Shown here piece after piece: positions 29,238-38,730 of a DNA stretch of 64,000 nt. Positions within the stretch are counted from its first letter, which is position 1. Every line of letters begins with the position of its first letter. A program made the translations under genes and the position numbers. Source of the stretch: Thermaceae bacterium (GTDB taxonomy: Bacteria > Deinococcota > Deinococci > Deinococcales > Marinithermaceae); the NCBI GenBank assembly GCA_027067955.1, contig JAMOUW010000076.1:1937-65936 (forward strand), given 5' to 3'. A model generated the notes under the pieces. That model saw nothing but the letters and a program-made list of their open reading frames with translations, had not been told where the DNA came from and did no database searches.

Positions 29238-31183
29238 GCGCCCACCCCCTTTCGGGCGGTTTCGTCCGTGAGATCGACGACGCGCACGTTCGCCTCCACC
29301 CGCTGCACCGAACCATCCTGATACTTGAACTCCGTCCTGACCAGCACATCGGTCGCCTCGCCGTAAAGAGCATCTACCAAATCGCGATAGCGCTCGGCCA
29401 CGAACTTGCGGCGCACCTTTCCAGTCCGTGTCAGCTCGTCGTCGTCGGCGTCCAGGAGCTTGAAGAGGAGAACGAAGCGGCGTACCCGCAACCCGGCGGG
29501 AAGATCTGCATTTACCAGCTCGACCTCGCGCTTTATGAGCTCAGCCACCTCCGGCTTGCCCGACAGGTCCATATACGTCGTATACGCCAGACCGCGGTCT
29601 TCCGCCCATTTGCCGACGGTTTGTGGGTCTATGTTGATGAACGCTGCAAGGTACGGCCTGCGGTCACCGTATACCACAGCCTCCTTGATAAATGGACTGA
29701 ACTTCAATTTGTTCTCCAGGAACTGCGGGCTGAACATCTCGCCGTCGGCGGTATGCATTACATCCGACAGGCGGTCGATAACTACGAGATGACCGTCGTC
29801 GGTCACATAACCGGCGTCACCCGAATGCAGCCAGCCTCCCTCCAGGAGCTCGGCGGTGGCGTTGTCGCGCTTGTAGTACCCCGCGCAAACCGCGTCGGAG
29901 CGCGCGAGTATCTCTCCTTCCTCGCTTATCTTGACCTCGGTTCCGGGTATGGGAACGCCAACGGTGTCGTGGCGTACGTCCCCATCGCGATGCACGAATG
30001 CGATACCGGTGATCTCGGTCTGACCGTATATCTGCTTTAAGTTGACGCCCAGCGCATGAAAAAAGCGGAAGACATCCGGCCCCAAAGCTGCACCGCCGGT
30101 ATACGCCCGGCGCAGGCGCAAGAATCCCAGCTGGTCCTTCAGGGGCCGGAAAAGCACGGCGTGCGCAAAGGCATAGGCCAAACGCAAACCCCAAGGCATG
30201 GTCTTGCCACGCATGCGGTAGTCAGCCGCCCGGTATCCGACCTTCATTAGCTGCCGGTACGCCCAGCGATTGAAAGCGTAGGACTCGCTGATGTCTACCC
30301 AGATGCGGCTCTGGATCCCTTCCCATACCCGCGGCGGACTGAACATAAGATGGGGGCCAATCTCGACCAGGTCGCCCATTGCAGTGGCAACCTCCTCGGG
30401 GAAGTTGACCGCAAACCCTCCCGTAAGCCCCATACCCATGGTCATCATCTGCTCACCGATCCAGGCCAGGGGCAGGAAGGAAAGGTAATCGTCGGTCGGC
30501 TCCAAGGGGTCTATCTCCTGAAGGGCTACCCCCATGTGAATAAGGTTCTTGTGCGTAAGCATAGCGGCCTTGGGCTTTCCGGTGGTGCCCGACGTCAGCG
30601 AGAAATGGGCAACGTCATCGGCGCGCCCCGCCGCCAACCGATCCTCGTAGGCACGCGGGTCGGCGTGACGGTGCTTACGTCCCAGCTCAATTACCTCTGC
30701 AAAACTGATAAATAGATCGGAATCATAGTTGCGCATGCCGCGAGGGTCTTCATAGATGATGCGACGCAGTCCCGGGAGCTCGTCCTTGACCTCCAGCAGT
30801 TTGTCGGCCTGCTCCTGGTCCTGCACGAGCGCCATGGTGACGTCGGCATAGTCCATCACGTACGCCACCTCGGCGGGCACCGAGGATGGATATATACCAA
30901 CGGAAACACCCCCGAGACCCTGTACCGCCAACTCAGCATAGACCCACTCGGGAATGTTCTCGGCGATTACCGCAAACTTTTCCCCCGGCTGATATCCCAG
31001 CTCGAGCAGGCCGTGGGCGAAATCGCGAACCTTGTCGTAATACTCGGCATAAGTTACTTCGTTCCAAATACCAAAGTCTTTTTCCCGCAAGGCTACGCGG
31101 TCGCCTTCGTTCTCCGCGCGCATTTTGAGCAACTGGGGCAGGGTATACCGTTTCAATTCGGGACCGGGACGTATGACCTTCAT
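29234..31183 (-). CDS. long-chain acyl-CoA ligase (AMP-binding)
   Basis: TSGTTGKPK, YGQTE and GWLHSGDAG motifs. Confidence 0.92.
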   Translation of the reverse strand: MKVIRPGPELKRYTLPQLLKMRAENEGDRVALREKDFGIWNEVTYAEYYDKVRDFAHGLLELGYQPGEKFAVIAENIPEWVYAELAVQGLGGVSVGIYPSSVPAEVAYVMDYADVTMALVQDQEQADKLLEVKDELPGLRRIIYEDPRGMRNYDSDLFISFAEVIELGRKHRHADPRAYEDRLAAGRADDVAHFSLTSGTTGKPKAAMLTHKNLIHMGVALQEIDPLEPTDDYLSFLPLAWIGEQMMTMGMGLTGGFAVNFPEEVATAMGDLVEIGPHLMFSPPRVWEGIQSRIWVDISESYAFNRWAYRQLMKVGYRAADYRMRGKTMPWGLRLAYAFAHAVLFRPLKDQLGFLRLRRAYTGGAALGPDVFRFFHALGVNLKQIYGQTEITGIAFVHRDGDVRHDTVGVPIPGTEVKISEEGEILARSDAVCAGYYKRDNATAELLEGGWLHSGDAGYVTDDGHLVVIDRLSDVMHTADGEMFSPQFLENKLKFSPFIKEAVVYGDRRPYLAAFINIDPQTVGKWAEDRGLAYTTYMDLSGKPEVAELIKREVELVNADLPAGLRVRRFVLLFKLLDADDDELTRTGKVRRKFVAERYRDLVDALYGEATDVLVRTEFKYQDGSVQRVEANVRVVDLTDETARKGVGA

Positions 31184-31944
31184 CCTGCACCCCCGACATA
31201 GGCTTCGATAACGGCGGGGTTTTCGGCAACGTCCTCGGGCTTGCCAGTCGCTATCACCATTCCGAAATCGAGCACGTATACACGGTCCGAGATATCCATT
31301 ACGATCCCCAGGTCGTGCTCAATGAGGATAACGGTGGTGTAACGCTCGGCGAGGATGTCGAGGATGAAGCGCACCATGTCTTCTTTCTCCTCCAGGGTCA
31401 TACCGGCCATCGGTTCATCAAGAAGCAACAGCTTCGGCTCGAGCGAAAGCGCCCGTGCAACCTCCACCCGCTTGCGTACGCCGTACGGCAGGTTTCCCAC
31501 CAAAGCCTTGCGGTAGGGCTCGAGCTCCATAAAATCGATCACGTCCTCGACTACGCGCCGATTTTCCACCTCGCCCCGGCGGGCTGCTCCATAAAACACC
31601 GAAGCAGCGCCTATGGAGTATTTCAGGTAAGTATGCCTGGCCAGCATCAGGTTCTCGAGCACCGACACACCCCCGAACAGCTCGATGTTCTGGAAGGCCC
31701 GGGCGATGCCATAACCGGAGATCGTGTGGGGGCTGGCCTTGGTAAGATCATTCCCCTCGAAGGTAATCTGTCCGTGCGTAGGATGATAAAAACCCGAAAT
31801 GCAGTTGAGCAAACTGGTTTTTCCCGCTCCATTGGGACCGATGATTGAAACCAGTTCACCGGGCTCCACTACGATATCCACGCTGTTGAGCGCGTTTATA
31901 CCTCCGAAGCTTAAGGTAACGTTTTCGACTGATAGCTGCGCCAA
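31180..31944 (-). CDS. livG: LivG-type ABC ATPase
   Basis: GPNGAGKTS, LPYG and DEPMAG motifs. Confidence 0.9.
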   Translation of the reverse strand: MAQLSVENVTLSFGGINALNSVDIVVEPGELVSIIGPNGAGKTSLLNCISGFYHPTHGQITFEGNDLTKASPHTISGYGIARAFQNIELFGGVSVLENLMLARHTYLKYSIGAASVFYGAARRGEVENRRVVEDVIDFMELEPYRKALVGNLPYGVRKRVEVARALSLEPKLLLLDEPMAGMTLEEKEDMVRFILDILAERYTTVILIEHDLGIVMDISDRVYVLDFGMVIATGKPEDVAENPAVIEAYVGGAG

Positions 31945-31982
31945 GTCCGCCTCCCCGGTAATTCGCGATGCCGTTTGCGGCG

Positions 31983-32043
31983 AGTATACTGACGCAGCAC
32001 CTGGTTGTCAACGCTTATTGCTGTTAGTGACGTAAAAGCGTCA
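31983..32043 (-). promoter_or_regulatory. near-consensus promoter of the liv/acyl-CoA ligase operon plus upstream palindrome
   Basis: TTGACA (32006-11) N17 TATACT (31983-88); TGACG-N6-CGTCA at 32028-32043. Confidence 0.7.
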
Positions 32044-32077
32044 TACTAAATTGGGCGGTATCCATGTCCCGGCGTCA

Positions 32078-32866
32078 TTAACACCCCAGCAGCTTCCGCA
32101 AAGCTCTACCCGGATCAGGCTCGCGCACCAGGGAACTGCCGATCAAAACAGCGTCGAAGTCGGGTTCCAAAGCGGACAGCTCGGAGGTGGAGCTATAGCC
32201 GGACTCGGCCACCAACAACCCCCGGTAGCCCCGGGAGCGAAGGTGGCGCGCCAAACGCGGAGCGACGGTAAGATCCACTCGCAGCGTCTTGAGGTCGCGG
32301 TTGTTAATGCCAATTATCTTCGCCCCGGACTCGAGTGCCAGCTCGGCCTCGGCCTCGTCGTGCACCTCAACGAGCGCGTCCAACCCTGCCGCTCGCGCTT
32401 CTTTGATATAGGCCCCGGTAAAACGGCCGAGCACGGCAACGATCAAGAGAACCGCCGAAGCGCCCAATCCGCGCGCTTCCTGCACCTGCCGCGGATGCAC
32501 CACGAAGTCCTTGCGTAGCAGCGGTATGTCGGTGGCCCCGCGCGCCGCTATTAGATCAGCATCGCTGCCAGCAAAAAAATCGGGCTCGGTAAGAACGCTC
32601 ACGGCTCGCGCTCCGGCAAGCTGATACGCCCGCGCAACCTTCGCAGCATCCAGCTCGGCGATGACGCCTTCCGACGGGCTCTTGCGCTTTATCTCGGCTA
32701 TTACGGACAGGCCAGGCTGCGCGAGCGCCCCGGCAAAGTCGAGCGCGGTCGAAAGCCTTTCTTCATCGATACGCAACTCTGGAAATTCGCCGGCCATTAG
32801 CAACTCCAGCCTCCGCCGCGCGATCCGGCCGAGAGCACCGGGAACCCGGCTCAGATCAGGAACCAT
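32078..32866 (-). CDS. trpC: indole-3-glycerol-phosphate synthase
   Basis: [27 protein letters not shown] and VAESG motifs; Thermus-type N-terminus [10 protein letters not shown]. Confidence 0.95.
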   Translation of the reverse strand: MVPDLSRVPGALGRIARRRLELLMAGEFPELRIDEERLSTALDFAGALAQPGLSVIAEIKRKSPSEGVIAELDAAKVARAYQLAGARAVSVLTEPDFFAGSDADLIAARGATDIPLLRKDFVVHPRQVQEARGLGASAVLLIVAVLGRFTGAYIKEARAAGLDALVEVHDEAEAELALESGAKIIGINNRDLKTLRVDLTVAPRLARHLRSRGYRGLLVAESGYSSTSELSALEPDFDAVLIGSSLVREPDPGRALRKLLGC

Positions 32867-33611
32867 GTCCGCCATGGAGAGCAAATGCATCTGGGGGAAG
32901 ATCTATTTCCGCCACCCAGGTCAGCAACCGGCTTAGATAAACCTGGAGGAAGTACCCGGGGCTGATGACCTGTTCCACGGCCAAATAAGCATCTTGTAGA
33001 GGCGGCTCCCGCAAAGCAAAGAGCCCGTGATAAGGCTGGAGGATGCCAAGCGGTAACCCCCCTCCAGCGTAAACGACTAGATCAACCTCCACCATCATGG
33101 CCTCCACCTGGGCTTGGTTGAGCAACACTCGCCCCCTCTGGGGCGCAGGCAGGAGCTGCAAAATAGCCTCGCCCGCGGTGGGGCTCGACTGCCAAACGTG
33201 AACCGCGCGCACGGTGCGCAAGGCGTCCCGCAAACCAGGTGCGGCATCGCCAAGCCAAAGTACGCGCGCACCGCTGAAACCGGCATGTTCGATGGCGGTA
33301 CGCATGGCTTCGGGCCAGAGATAATTACCGGTTACGGCTCCAAACTGGACTTTCAGCGCATCCACCCGCCCCGCCTCCTCCGCCTCCGCCTCGCGACGAG
33401 GCGCAGCGCCGTAGGATGCGATTTGGGAATCTCGCCCCTCTACCAAGGCACCAACCAGCGACAACGGCGCCAGCCCCGAAACGGCCTGTGGAATCTCGTC
33501 CCCGGGATCTGAGCGCAATATCTGCAGGGGCAAATCGTGACCGTGCACAGCCGAAACGAGGGCGTCGTGCCAGCGGCTTTCGGACGGGGTAAAAAGCGCC
33601 AGACAGGTCAC
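32856..33611 (-). CDS. shikimate-dehydrogenase-like protein lacking catalytic motifs
   Basis: AroE-like layout ([11 protein letters not shown] ~ EARAIGAVNTI, then Rossmann VLWLG), but PxK, NTD and GAGG are absent. Confidence 0.55.
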   Translation of the reverse strand: MTCLALFTPSESRWHDALVSAVHGHDLPLQILRSDPGDEIPQAVSGLAPLSLVGALVEGRDSQIASYGAAPRREAEAEEAGRVDALKVQFGAVTGNYLWPEAMRTAIEHAGFSGARVLWLGDAAPGLRDALRTVRAVHVWQSSPTAGEAILQLLPAPQRGRVLLNQAQVEAMMVEVDLVVYAGGGLPLGILQPYHGLFALREPPLQDAYLAVEQVISPGYFLQVYLSRLLTWVAEIDLPPDAFALHGGHGS

Positions 33612-33663
33612 GTCGGCAACCTCACGAGTACGCGGGCGATCACGTGGCTGATTATACCCGCGC

Positions 33664-34557
33664 TCACTCCTCGTTCGTCATCCGCGCACCCCCGCCCGAT
33701 CCCGTTCGCCAGGCAACGCTCATCTGCGGGCTGGTGTGCTCCCACGCCAAACGGCCTTCGGCGTCTATCATGATTAAACCGCCGGAGCCTCCCAAACCCG
33801 CCACCGCATCGAGGCTTTTTTTTACGGCCTCGTCAGGAGTGAGCTCGTACAGGGCAGCGACCGCCCGGTAGGCCGCCAGGGTGCGAGCAAAATACTCACC
33901 ATGTCCGGTAGCGCTCGCCGCACCCAAACCAGCCGCAGCGTAGGTGCCCGCACCCGGCAAAGGCGCGTCGCCCACACGCCCCACTCTTTTATCAAGCATC
34001 CCGCCGGTGGAAGTTGCCGCAGCCAACCCGCCGCGGGCGTCGAGCGCCACCGCGCCCACCGTTCCCGTCTTGCCGGACTTCTTGTGGCGGCGTGCCTCCA
34101 TCCAGCGCGCCAGCTGCCGTTCCGTTATCAGTTCACGGGGATCGCAGGCGGGAATACCGCGCTCCCGAGCAAAGCGGCTCGCGCCTTCGCCTACGAGCAG
34201 CACGTGTTCGGAATACATTACCTCACGGGCCAACATCACCGGGTTTCTGACGTCGCGAACCGCCGCGACGCCCCCAAAAGAGAGTGACCCGCCATCCATT
34301 ACCGCGGCATCCAGTTCGGCAAAACCTTCCCGGTTCAGCGCCGAACCCGTACCGGCGTTGAAAACAGGGTCATCTTCGAGGATGCGCACAGCCTCAATGG
34401 CGGCGGTCAATGCATCCGCCTTTTTCCTGAGCAACATCCAGGCGCTCTCCGCCGCGCGGGTCACGCCCTCAAGTCGCACGTCCCACTCAGCACGATCTAT
34501 CTTGCCCGCGCCCCCATGCACCAGTACCGCCAGACCTTCCGCAGCTACCAACTCCAT
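33664..34557 (-). CDS. iaaA: isoaspartyl peptidase/L-asparaginase (Ntn hydrolase)
   Basis: HGGAG, FNAG, GTVGAVA, TSTGG, GRVGD and TGHGE motifs. Confidence 0.92.
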   Translation of the reverse strand: MELVAAEGLAVLVHGGAGKIDRAEWDVRLEGVTRAAESAWMLLRKKADALTAAIEAVRILEDDPVFNAGTGSALNREGFAELDAAVMDGGSLSFGGVAAVRDVRNPVMLAREVMYSEHVLLVGEGASRFARERGIPACDPRELITERQLARWMEARRHKKSGKTGTVGAVALDARGGLAAATSTGGMLDKRVGRVGDAPLPGAGTYAAAGLGAASATGHGEYFARTLAAYRAVAALYELTPDEAVKKSLDAVAGLGGSGGLIMIDAEGRLAWEHTSPQMSVAWRTGSGGGARMTNEE

Positions 34558-34994
34558 ACCATCCCCAGTCCAAACCTTTCATAAGGTCTACGCCCGTAGT
34601 TGTAGCTGAATTCGACGTAGGGCCGGATAATGCTGAAATTCAGCGCCAGCCCCAGGGTGAACGCAGCATACGACTCAGAACCCACTTCCATGACCATCCC
34701 ATCGTCCGGATCAAGCCTGGCTATCATCGTCGCAGCACCCGCGGCAACATACGGTTCTGCACGACCAAGCTTCCAAAAGTGGAGTAGCAGATCCAAACCA
34801 CCCATCAGTCCGCCACGCTCGCCAAACAACAACCGCCCCCGCGCCGTCAATGGCCTGCCCTCGATGTAAAAACCCAGCACGCCCGAATATCCCTTCTGGG
34901 CCGGATTCCGGCCAACACCCAGGTCAAGCCCCCCGGCAGCGAGAGCCGGGAGCACAAGGAGAAAAAGCAGCACCAACCGTTTCACGATGCTCAT
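34545..34994 (-). CDS. small outer-membrane beta-barrel protein
   Basis: Signal peptide, PYVAAG and RPYVEF strands, C-terminal aromatic residue. Confidence 0.65.
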   Translation of the reverse strand: MSIVKRLVLLFLLVLPALAAGGLDLGVGRNPAQKGYSGVLGFYIEGRPLTARGRLLFGERGGLMGGLDLLLHFWKLGRAEPYVAAGAATMIARLDPDDGMVMEVGSESYAAFTLGLALNFSIIRPYVEFSYNYGRRPYERFGLGMVWSW

Positions 34995-37150
34995 TCTATG
35001 CGTTCGAGCCCGGCATACTTGACCAGCAGACGCTTAATCCCCGCCGATGCGAAGTGAATCGTGACCTGCTGGCGATCCCCCTCCCCATGAGCGGCGACGA
35101 CGGTTCCCTTACCATAGCGCGGGTGATTTACCTTTTCTCCTCCCCGGTACTCGATCTTCCCCACCCGCTCTACCCGGTTCACGGGGGTGTCTGGCGTGGC
35201 CGCTGGTGCAGGCTCGTATGCATCGCCGAAGGGGCCGACTGACTTCAGGAATTCTCGGGGAATCTCCTCTATGAAACGGCTCGGCCGCACCCGTTCACGC
35301 TGGCCCCAGGTCTCCCTCTCCTCCGAAAGCGTGAGATAGAGCACCTCCCGGGCACGCGTAATCCCCACATAAAGCAACCTTCGTTCCTCTTCAATCTCGG
35401 CATCCGATCCCAAACTGGAACGATGCGGCAGCAACCCCTCTTCCACCCCGACAACGAAGACGACCGGAAATTCGAGCCCTTTGGCGTTGTGCAGGGTCAT
35501 CAGGGTCACGGATCTTTCCGGTGCTTCATTGGGTTCCTCTGCCCGGGCTGTCAGAGCGATTTCATCGAGAAACTGAGCTATGTTGCCTCCGTGCTCCTCT
35601 TCCCACTCGGCCGCCGCCCTCAACAGCTCCTCCAGGTTCTCCAAACGCGGTTCGGCATCACCCTGACGGCGCAGCATATCGCTGTAACCGGTTTCTGCCA
35701 GCACCAATCGCAAGAAAGACTCGGGACCGGCGTCTTCGGCTGCCTCGCGCAGGGTTCCGATGAGGGCCAGAAATCCGGCCACAGCCTTAGCCTGGCGGGC
35801 GGCGAGCAGCTCGCTCGCACTGCGCGCCGCTTCCAAAAGCGATACCCCCTGCCGCTCAGCGTAGGCGGCCAGTTTTTCGACCGAGGTCTGCCCCACCCCG
35901 CGGGCGGGGACATTAATTATCCGGCGAAAGGCGACATCGTCGGCGGGGTTGACCGCCATCCGGGCGTAGGCTAGCACGTCCTTGATCTCGCGCCGTTCGT
36001 AAAAGCCCACGCCACCGACAATGCGCGCCGCCAGATTTGCGCGCCTGAAAGCCTCCTCCAAAACGCGCGACTGGGCATTGGTGCGATAAAGAACGGCAAA
36101 GTCGTCCAAAGGACGTTCGCGCGCGCGCCGTGCCACCTCCCTGGCCACGAACGCCGCCTCCTCACGGTGATCGGGCGCCGTGTACAAGCGTACGGGCTCA
36201 CCAGCGGGTTTTACTGGTTTGAGCGTTTTTTGTAAACGCTGCTGGTTATTTTCTATTAAGGCATTGGCTACGTGCAAAATAGCCGCAGTAGAACGATAAT
36301 TGGCCTCCAGACGGTAAACCTCCGCGCCCGGATAGTCGTTCTCGAATCCCAGGATGTTCTGAATGTCGGCGTTACGAAAACCATAGATCGACTGATCGGG
36401 GTCGCCGACGACCATCAGGTTGGCTTCATCGCCGGCCAGCAGCTTGGTCAGGCGGTACTGAGCTGGGTTGGTGTCCTGGTACTCGTCTACGTGAATGAAG
36501 CGCGCCCGCTGGCGCACCGCCTCCAAAGTCTCCGGATGCTTTTCAAATAGCTCTATAGTACGCAGTAACAGGTCATTGAAATCCACCGCGTTATTTTCGG
36601 AGAGGCGTTGTTGATAGTACTGATAAACGGCGGCCATCTGCTCCCTGGATAGACCGCCCATCCAGTCGTCTGCCTGGAGGACAAAGTCCTCAAGATCCCA
36701 CATGCGGTTCTTTATTCCGTCCACCAAAGCCCGCACGTAAGCAGGCCGCGCCTCTATCCCCAAAAGACCCAGAACCTCTTTTAGCAATACCCGCTGATCG
36801 TCGTCATCGTAAACTACGAAACCCGGCTTCAGGCCGACCAGCTCACCATAGCGCCTCAAGATACGCAGACCGGCCGAGTGGAAGGTGCTTACCCACAGTT
36901 CTCCGGCAGCGCGCCCCGCCATCCGCGCCAGTCTTTCGCGCATTTCACCTGCAGCTTTATTGGTAAAGGTCACGGCCAGGACCTCGGCCGGGTATACTCC
37001 CCGCTCCGCCAGCAGATAGGCCACCCGGTGCACCACCGTCCGCGTCTTGCCGGAGCCGGCTCCTGCAATTACCAGGGCCGGGCCCAAAAAATGCTTTACC
37101 GCTGCTTGCTGTTGTTCGTTGAGCGTTGAAAGGAGATCGCGCGCGGACAC
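34991..37150 (-). CDS. uvrD: UvrD/PcrA DNA helicase
   Basis: AGAGSGKT, TFTNKAA, VDEYQD, NYRST, HNAKGLEF and EERRL motifs; GTG 37150 lies 7 nt after TAGACT. Confidence 0.95.
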   Translation of the reverse strand: MSARDLLSTLNEQQQAAVKHFLGPALVIAGAGSGKTRTVVHRVAYLLAERGVYPAEVLAVTFTNKAAGEMRERLARMAGRAAGELWVSTFHSAGLRILRRYGELVGLKPGFVVYDDDDQRVLLKEVLGLLGIEARPAYVRALVDGIKNRMWDLEDFVLQADDWMGGLSREQMAAVYQYYQQRLSENNAVDFNDLLLRTIELFEKHPETLEAVRQRARFIHVDEYQDTNPAQYRLTKLLAGDEANLMVVGDPDQSIYGFRNADIQNILGFENDYPGAEVYRLEANYRSTAAILHVANALIENNQQRLQKTLKPVKPAGEPVRLYTAPDHREEAAFVAREVARRARERPLDDFAVLYRTNAQSRVLEEAFRRANLAARIVGGVGFYERREIKDVLAYARMAVNPADDVAFRRIINVPARGVGQTSVEKLAAYAERQGVSLLEAARSASELLAARQAKAVAGFLALIGTLREAAEDAGPESFLRLVLAETGYSDMLRRQGDAEPRLENLEELLRAAAEWEEEHGGNIAQFLDEIALTARAEEPNEAPERSVTLMTLHNAKGLEFPVVFVVGVEEGLLPHRSSLGSDAEIEEERRLLYVGITRAREVLYLTLSEERETWGQRERVRPSRFIEEIPREFLKSVGPFGDAYEPAPAATPDTPVNRVERVGKIEYRGGEKVNHPRYGKGTVVAAHGEGDRQQVTIHFASAGIKRLLVKYAGLERIE

Positions 37151-37194
37151 GCCGATTAGTCTATCAGCTCGAACCACCGCCGTATGATGTGTCC

Positions 37195-38592
37195 ATGGAC
37201 GAGCTCCGCTTCGGAACCGACGGCTGGCGCGACGTGATCGCCGATAGATACACCTTCGTCAATGTTGCGCGCGCGGCTCAAGCCACGGCCGACTATGTAA
37301 TCGCCGCCGGAGGAAGCAGGGCGGTTGTGGGTCACGACACCCGTTTCCTCTCGGATCGCTTCGCGGCCCACACCGCGGGAATTCTGGCCGCGAACGGTAT
37401 CGAAACCCACCTTGCCAAGCGGTATCTCCCCACCCCCGTTACCTCCTTCGCGGTAGTACAGCTACAGGCGGCGGCAGGGGTAATGATAACCGCCAGTCAC
37501 AACCCGCCCCATTACAACGGCTTCAAGCTCAAGGGGCCCTACGGCGGCTCGGCCACTCCGGAAATATACAATGGCGTAATACAGCGCATCGACGACACGC
37601 CCGCAAAAAAGCCCGAACCAGAAGCAGTGCGGCCCTTCGACGTCAGCGAAGCCTACTACGCCAGACTGGGCGAACTGCTGGACATAGACGCCCTTAAGAA
37701 ATATCCCCATGCTTTTTATCATGACGCCATGGGCGGCGCGGGGGGCGGCTGGATCGCGGGCTTCGTCAGGCGCGCAGGGCTTCCGCTCGACCTGCGCGAG
37801 CTCCACGGCGTACCCCATCCGCTGTTCTACGGCGTGCATCCCGAACCGATCCCTCAAAACCTTTCGACCCTGCGGGCGGTCATGAGAGTCGAAAAGGATC
37901 CCATCTTTGCCGCCGTAACCGACGGCGACGCCGACCGAATAGGCGCGGTTCTCGCGGGCGGGTCGTACTTCAACAGCCACCAGATATTCGCGGTGCTGCT
38001 GCACCACCTCCACAGCAAGGGTCTGCGCGGGCGGGTGGTAAAGACCTTCTCGGTCTCGCAGGTGGTGGACCGGCTAGCCGAGAAGCTGGGGCTCGAGGTC
38101 GTAACCACACCCGTCGGCTTCAAGTACATTACCGACGAGTTCCTGAAGGGCGACGTGCTCATCGGCGGCGAGGAATCGGGGGGCATCGGGGTGGCCGGCC
38201 ACATCCCCGAGCGCGACGGCATCCTCAACGCCCTCTTGCTGCTCGAAAGCGTGGTGACCACTGGCAAGAGCCTGGGCGAACAGTTCACCGAAATCGAAGA
38301 GCTCGTGGAATTAAAGCACGCCTTCGACCGCCTGGACCTGAAGGTGGCGAGTCCAGATGCGCGCGACGAGGCTATGAAGCGCCTCTATGAGGCGCCGCCC
38401 GACCGCGTGGGGCGGTTTAAGATCGAACGGGTGGAAACCCTGGACGGTGTCAAGCTCCACCTCGAAGGCGGCGCCTGGCTGCTCTTCCGCCCCTCGGGCA
38501 CCGAACCACTGTTGCGCATCTACTGCGAGGCCGAGGACGCCAGCACCGTGAAGCGCATCCTCAAGGAAGCGCGGAAGCTCGTCGGGGCCTGA
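37195..38592 (+). CDS. phosphoglucomutase/phosphomannomutase
   Basis: FGTDGWR, TASHNP, DGDADR, GEESG and RPSGTEP motifs; TATGAT 6 nt before ATG 37195. Confidence 0.93.
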   Translation: MDELRFGTDGWRDVIADRYTFVNVARAAQATADYVIAAGGSRAVVGHDTRFLSDRFAAHTAGILAANGIETHLAKRYLPTPVTSFAVVQLQAAAGVMITASHNPPHYNGFKLKGPYGGSATPEIYNGVIQRIDDTPAKKPEPEAVRPFDVSEAYYARLGELLDIDALKKYPHAFYHDAMGGAGGGWIAGFVRRAGLPLDLRELHGVPHPLFYGVHPEPIPQNLSTLRAVMRVEKDPIFAAVTDGDADRIGAVLAGGSYFNSHQIFAVLLHHLHSKGLRGRVVKTFSVSQVVDRLAEKLGLEVVTTPVGFKYITDEFLKGDVLIGGEESGGIGVAGHIPERDGILNALLLLESVVTTGKSLGEQFTEIEELVELKHAFDRLDLKVASPDARDEAMKRLYEAPPDRVGRFKIERVETLDGVKLHLEGGAWLLFRPSGTEPLLRIYCEAEDASTVKRILKEARKLVGA

Positions 38593-38611
38593 CGTTTCTC
38601 CAACCGGCATG

Positions 38612-38635
38612 AAGGCGGGCGGAGTCCGCCTTTTT
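38612..38635 (+). terminator. intrinsic terminator after pgm
   Basis: AAGGCGGGC-GGA-GTCCGCC followed by TTTTT. Confidence 0.7.
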
Positions 38636-38730
38636 CGCGAGTTCGTGAAACTATGGACGTCTATCCGTTCGTGATATATTTCCCTTGTTGAATAATACGG
38701 GCCCCACGGGCTCTACCCGACCATGGGGAT

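Noticed and set aside
32028-32043. TGACG-N6-CGTCA as a second RDRM
   Set aside because: It is 16 bp rather than 17, the arms differ, and it precedes a transport operon.
38636-38730. AT-rich spacer whose frame reads VRETMDVYPFVIYF, like a ParE/RelE toxin remnant or a riboswitch
   Set aside because: It is too short, the similarity does not continue, and it lies between convergent genes with no gene to regulate.
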